A DNA stretch of 10,499 bases. It comes from Candidatus Poribacteria bacterium (GTDB lineage: Bacteria > Poribacteria > WGA-4E > UBA9662). The stretch covers positions 1-10,499 of the forward strand of contig JAYGDX010000395.1 in assembly GCA_046582655.1 (NCBI GenBank). Direction: 5' to 3'. The translations under genes were made by a program, and so were the position numbers. The notes under the pieces were generated by a model. It did no database searches, was not told the DNA's origin, and saw only the letters and a list, made by a program, of their open reading frames with translations. Of the stretch, positions 9,125 to 10,499 are shown one piece after another; the stretch's first letter is position 1, and the number at the start of each line of letters is the position of its first letter.

Positions 9125-9712
9125 TCAGTTCAGCAAATTTACAATGTCATCTGATTTTGTGTTGGCCTGAGCCAGCATGGCAGTCCTGAATTGAGTTGTG
9201 ATTTGATCTTTCACCAGCTTGGTGACTTCTAAGGCGAAATTTGTATCTTCAATAACAGAAAGCGACGGCTTGCTGTCTTCTGTCATTTCAGGCAAGCTGG
9301 ATACCGTCGAAAGTGGCGAATCCAGCACCGAACCCAGATAATTTCTCTCACTGTTGATTGCGTTAATAGCCATTTCAAGCAAGTCTGTTTCAACTTGTAT
9401 CTTCTGCCGGGTTTGATTTTCCTGCAGAGCCTGTTGGTTCCTTCTGATTTCCGCCTGCTGTGCCCGCAATTCTTGACGAGAATTTGCTGCGCGCCTATGC
9501 CGTTTTTGACTTTGTTTATAGGCAACGAGCTGTTCTTGTTTTCTTCTGATTACAGCTTGCTGACTGCGAAATTCCCGGCGTTCCTGGGCTTTTTCCAGCG
9601 CGTTTTCCTGATATGATTTCTTGATCTCACCAGTTTTAGCGATCGCAGATCGGACAACATTAACGTGCGAATTAACCAATTCGCCAAGCGGTTTATTTCT
9701 AATAGTTGCCAT
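9125..9712 (-). CDS. Atypical short flagellin-like protein (flagellin C-terminal domain plus Arg/Gln-rich coiled coil), 195 aa
   Basis: The last ~81 aa (AINAINSERNYLGSV...SVIEDTNFALEVTKLVKDQITTQFRTAMLAQANTKSDDIVNLLN) follow the flagellin C-terminal pattern without gaps (AI..VS..RA.LGA.....SRI.D.D.A.E.....K..IL.Q...AMLAQAN......LL). Strong SD AGGGAGGT 5 nt before ATG 9712; sigma28 promoter upstream. The ORF-track GTG at 9769 is rejected as the start. Confidence 0.85.
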   Translation of the reverse strand: MATIRNKPLGELVNSHVNVVRSAIAKTGEIKKSYQENALEKAQERREFRSQQAVIRRKQEQLVAYKQSQKRHRRAANSRQELRAQQAEIRRNQQALQENQTRQKIQVETDLLEMAINAINSERNYLGSVLDSPLSTVSSLPEMTEDSKPSLSVIEDTNFALEVTKLVKDQITTQFRTAMLAQANTKSDDIVNLLN

Positions 9713-9813
9713 TTGATACCTCCCTTTTCTCAACTTTCTCCGGTTATTCTCAAACCGGATCAAAAACACACCAGCGTTAGGGTATTCAAGCTTCCAAATA
9801 TAAGCCTGCTGTT

Positions 9814-9841
9814 ATATCGGCAGAAATGGCAGATATCTTTA
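9814..9841 (-). promoter_or_regulatory. sigma28 (FliA/SigD) flagellar class-3 promoter of the flagellin-like gene
   Basis: Minus strand reads TAAA (9841-9838), N16, GCCGATAT (9821-9814), matching the sigmaD/sigma28 consensus TAAA-N15/16-GCCGATA(A/T). An A-tract (UP-like) lies just upstream at about 9843-9850. Confidence 0.85.
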
Positions 9842-10091
9842 ATTTTTTTTAATAATTTATTAGTTTAGTTGTCTTACAGCACAAGGAGAACATAGATTTT
9901 TCTATCCGTATCAATTTTCTGACTAACTATTTTTACTGAATCTAAACAGATTAATCAGCAGAAAGTAACATCCAAAAGATATTCCGAATTGGTGGTAAGA
10001 CAGACGATGGACCAGACCAATCACACGTCGATAAATGGATATTTGAAAGGATGGTAAAGGAGTGATTCAGGGTAGGAAATGACAGGAAAAG

Positions 10092-10416
10092 CTATTTTAA
10101 ACTGAGACAGCTTGATCCCAAAATAAGGACTTCAGCACCCGATTCCTCTAATCTCCGTTGTTTCCGAAAAGTGTTCCTCAGATTAGTAAAAATAAGGGTT
10201 TGGGTGAATCTATCTGTATAGCTTGAATGATTAAAAATCAATCTCATATTGTCCTGATTGATATGCACTGACACCAAGAAGATGCAGAACCTCAGTACTT
10301 TGAAAGGCGATACTTGACACATGTCGGTATACATATTTAGCATAATCAAGATTATCTGCACGATGATTCCTGAGCGCCAGTTTTGAAATGGAGATTATAT
10401 CCTGAACTGGGTTCAT
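10092..10416 (-). pseudogene. Frameshifted, truncated TPR-protein pseudogene (N-terminus resembling O-GlcNAc-transferase/TPR-glycosyltransferase proteins)
   Basis: Three frames join into a TPR. The first reads MNPVQDIISISKLALRNHRADNLDYAKYVYRHVSSIAFQSTEVLHLLGVSAYQSGQYEID. After a shift at the T5 run 10237-10233 it reads LIIQAIQIDSPKPLF. After a shift at the T5 run 10192-10188 it reads FTNLRNTFRKQRRLEES, after which similarity is lost. Confidence 0.75.
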
Positions 10417-10499
10417 TCTTCGTTGACTTGCGATTTCTTCAAAATGTCGCTGCACGGACAATCGTGTAATTGTAATTAGGGATTGTTAGACCAAACACC

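Noticed and set aside
9125..9712. Calling the gene canonical fliC/hag or flgL
   Set aside because: It is too short, the conserved N-terminal flagellin block is missing and the D1 helix is proline-broken. The AMLAQAN end is flagellin-type rather than FlgL-type.
8017..9868. ORFs 8017-8223, 9283-9525, 9395-9616 and 9665-9868
   Set aside because: They are shadows of the oxidoreductase or of the flagellin-like gene and its promoter, with no motif support.
10027..10105. A second sigma28 promoter (GTCGATAA at 10027-10034) driving a + strand ORF at ATG 10079
   Set aside because: There is no TAAA at the -35 position, and the ORF is only 8 codons (MTGKAILN).
10092..10461. ORFs 10092-10361 and 10231-10461 as two independent genes
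   Set aside because: They are better explained as fragments of one frameshifted TPR gene.

Overview
Bacterial chromosomal window, about 45% GC by eye. It is probably Candidatus Poribacteria or a relative, inferred only from a C-terminal 'SVDSDGKSATSWGKIK' tail on one protein. Bases 1-80 hold the 5' end of a divergent secreted-protein gene. Bases 371-8399 are a tightly packed + strand cluster: pcrA/uvrD, gatC, gatA (no gatB), a small membrane protein, a CtpA/S41 protease, a TolB-like PD40 beta-propeller and a Gfo/Idh/MocA oxidoreductase. The right end is on the - strand: a cupin, a strongly remodelled 195-aa flagellin-like gene, and a doubly frameshifted TPR pseudogene. The flagellin-like locus is the most unusual part. 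It keeps the flagellin C-terminus and a consensus sigma28/sigmaD promoter (TAAA-N16-GCCGATAT). Its N-terminal D1 region is replaced by a duplicated Arg/Gln-rich coiled coil, and prolines break the C-terminal D1 helix. Nearby are a GGA-rich, CsrB/RsmZ-like stretch and repeated TGTCnTAC operator-like boxes. No CRISPR array, rRNA, tRNA or mobile element was seen.
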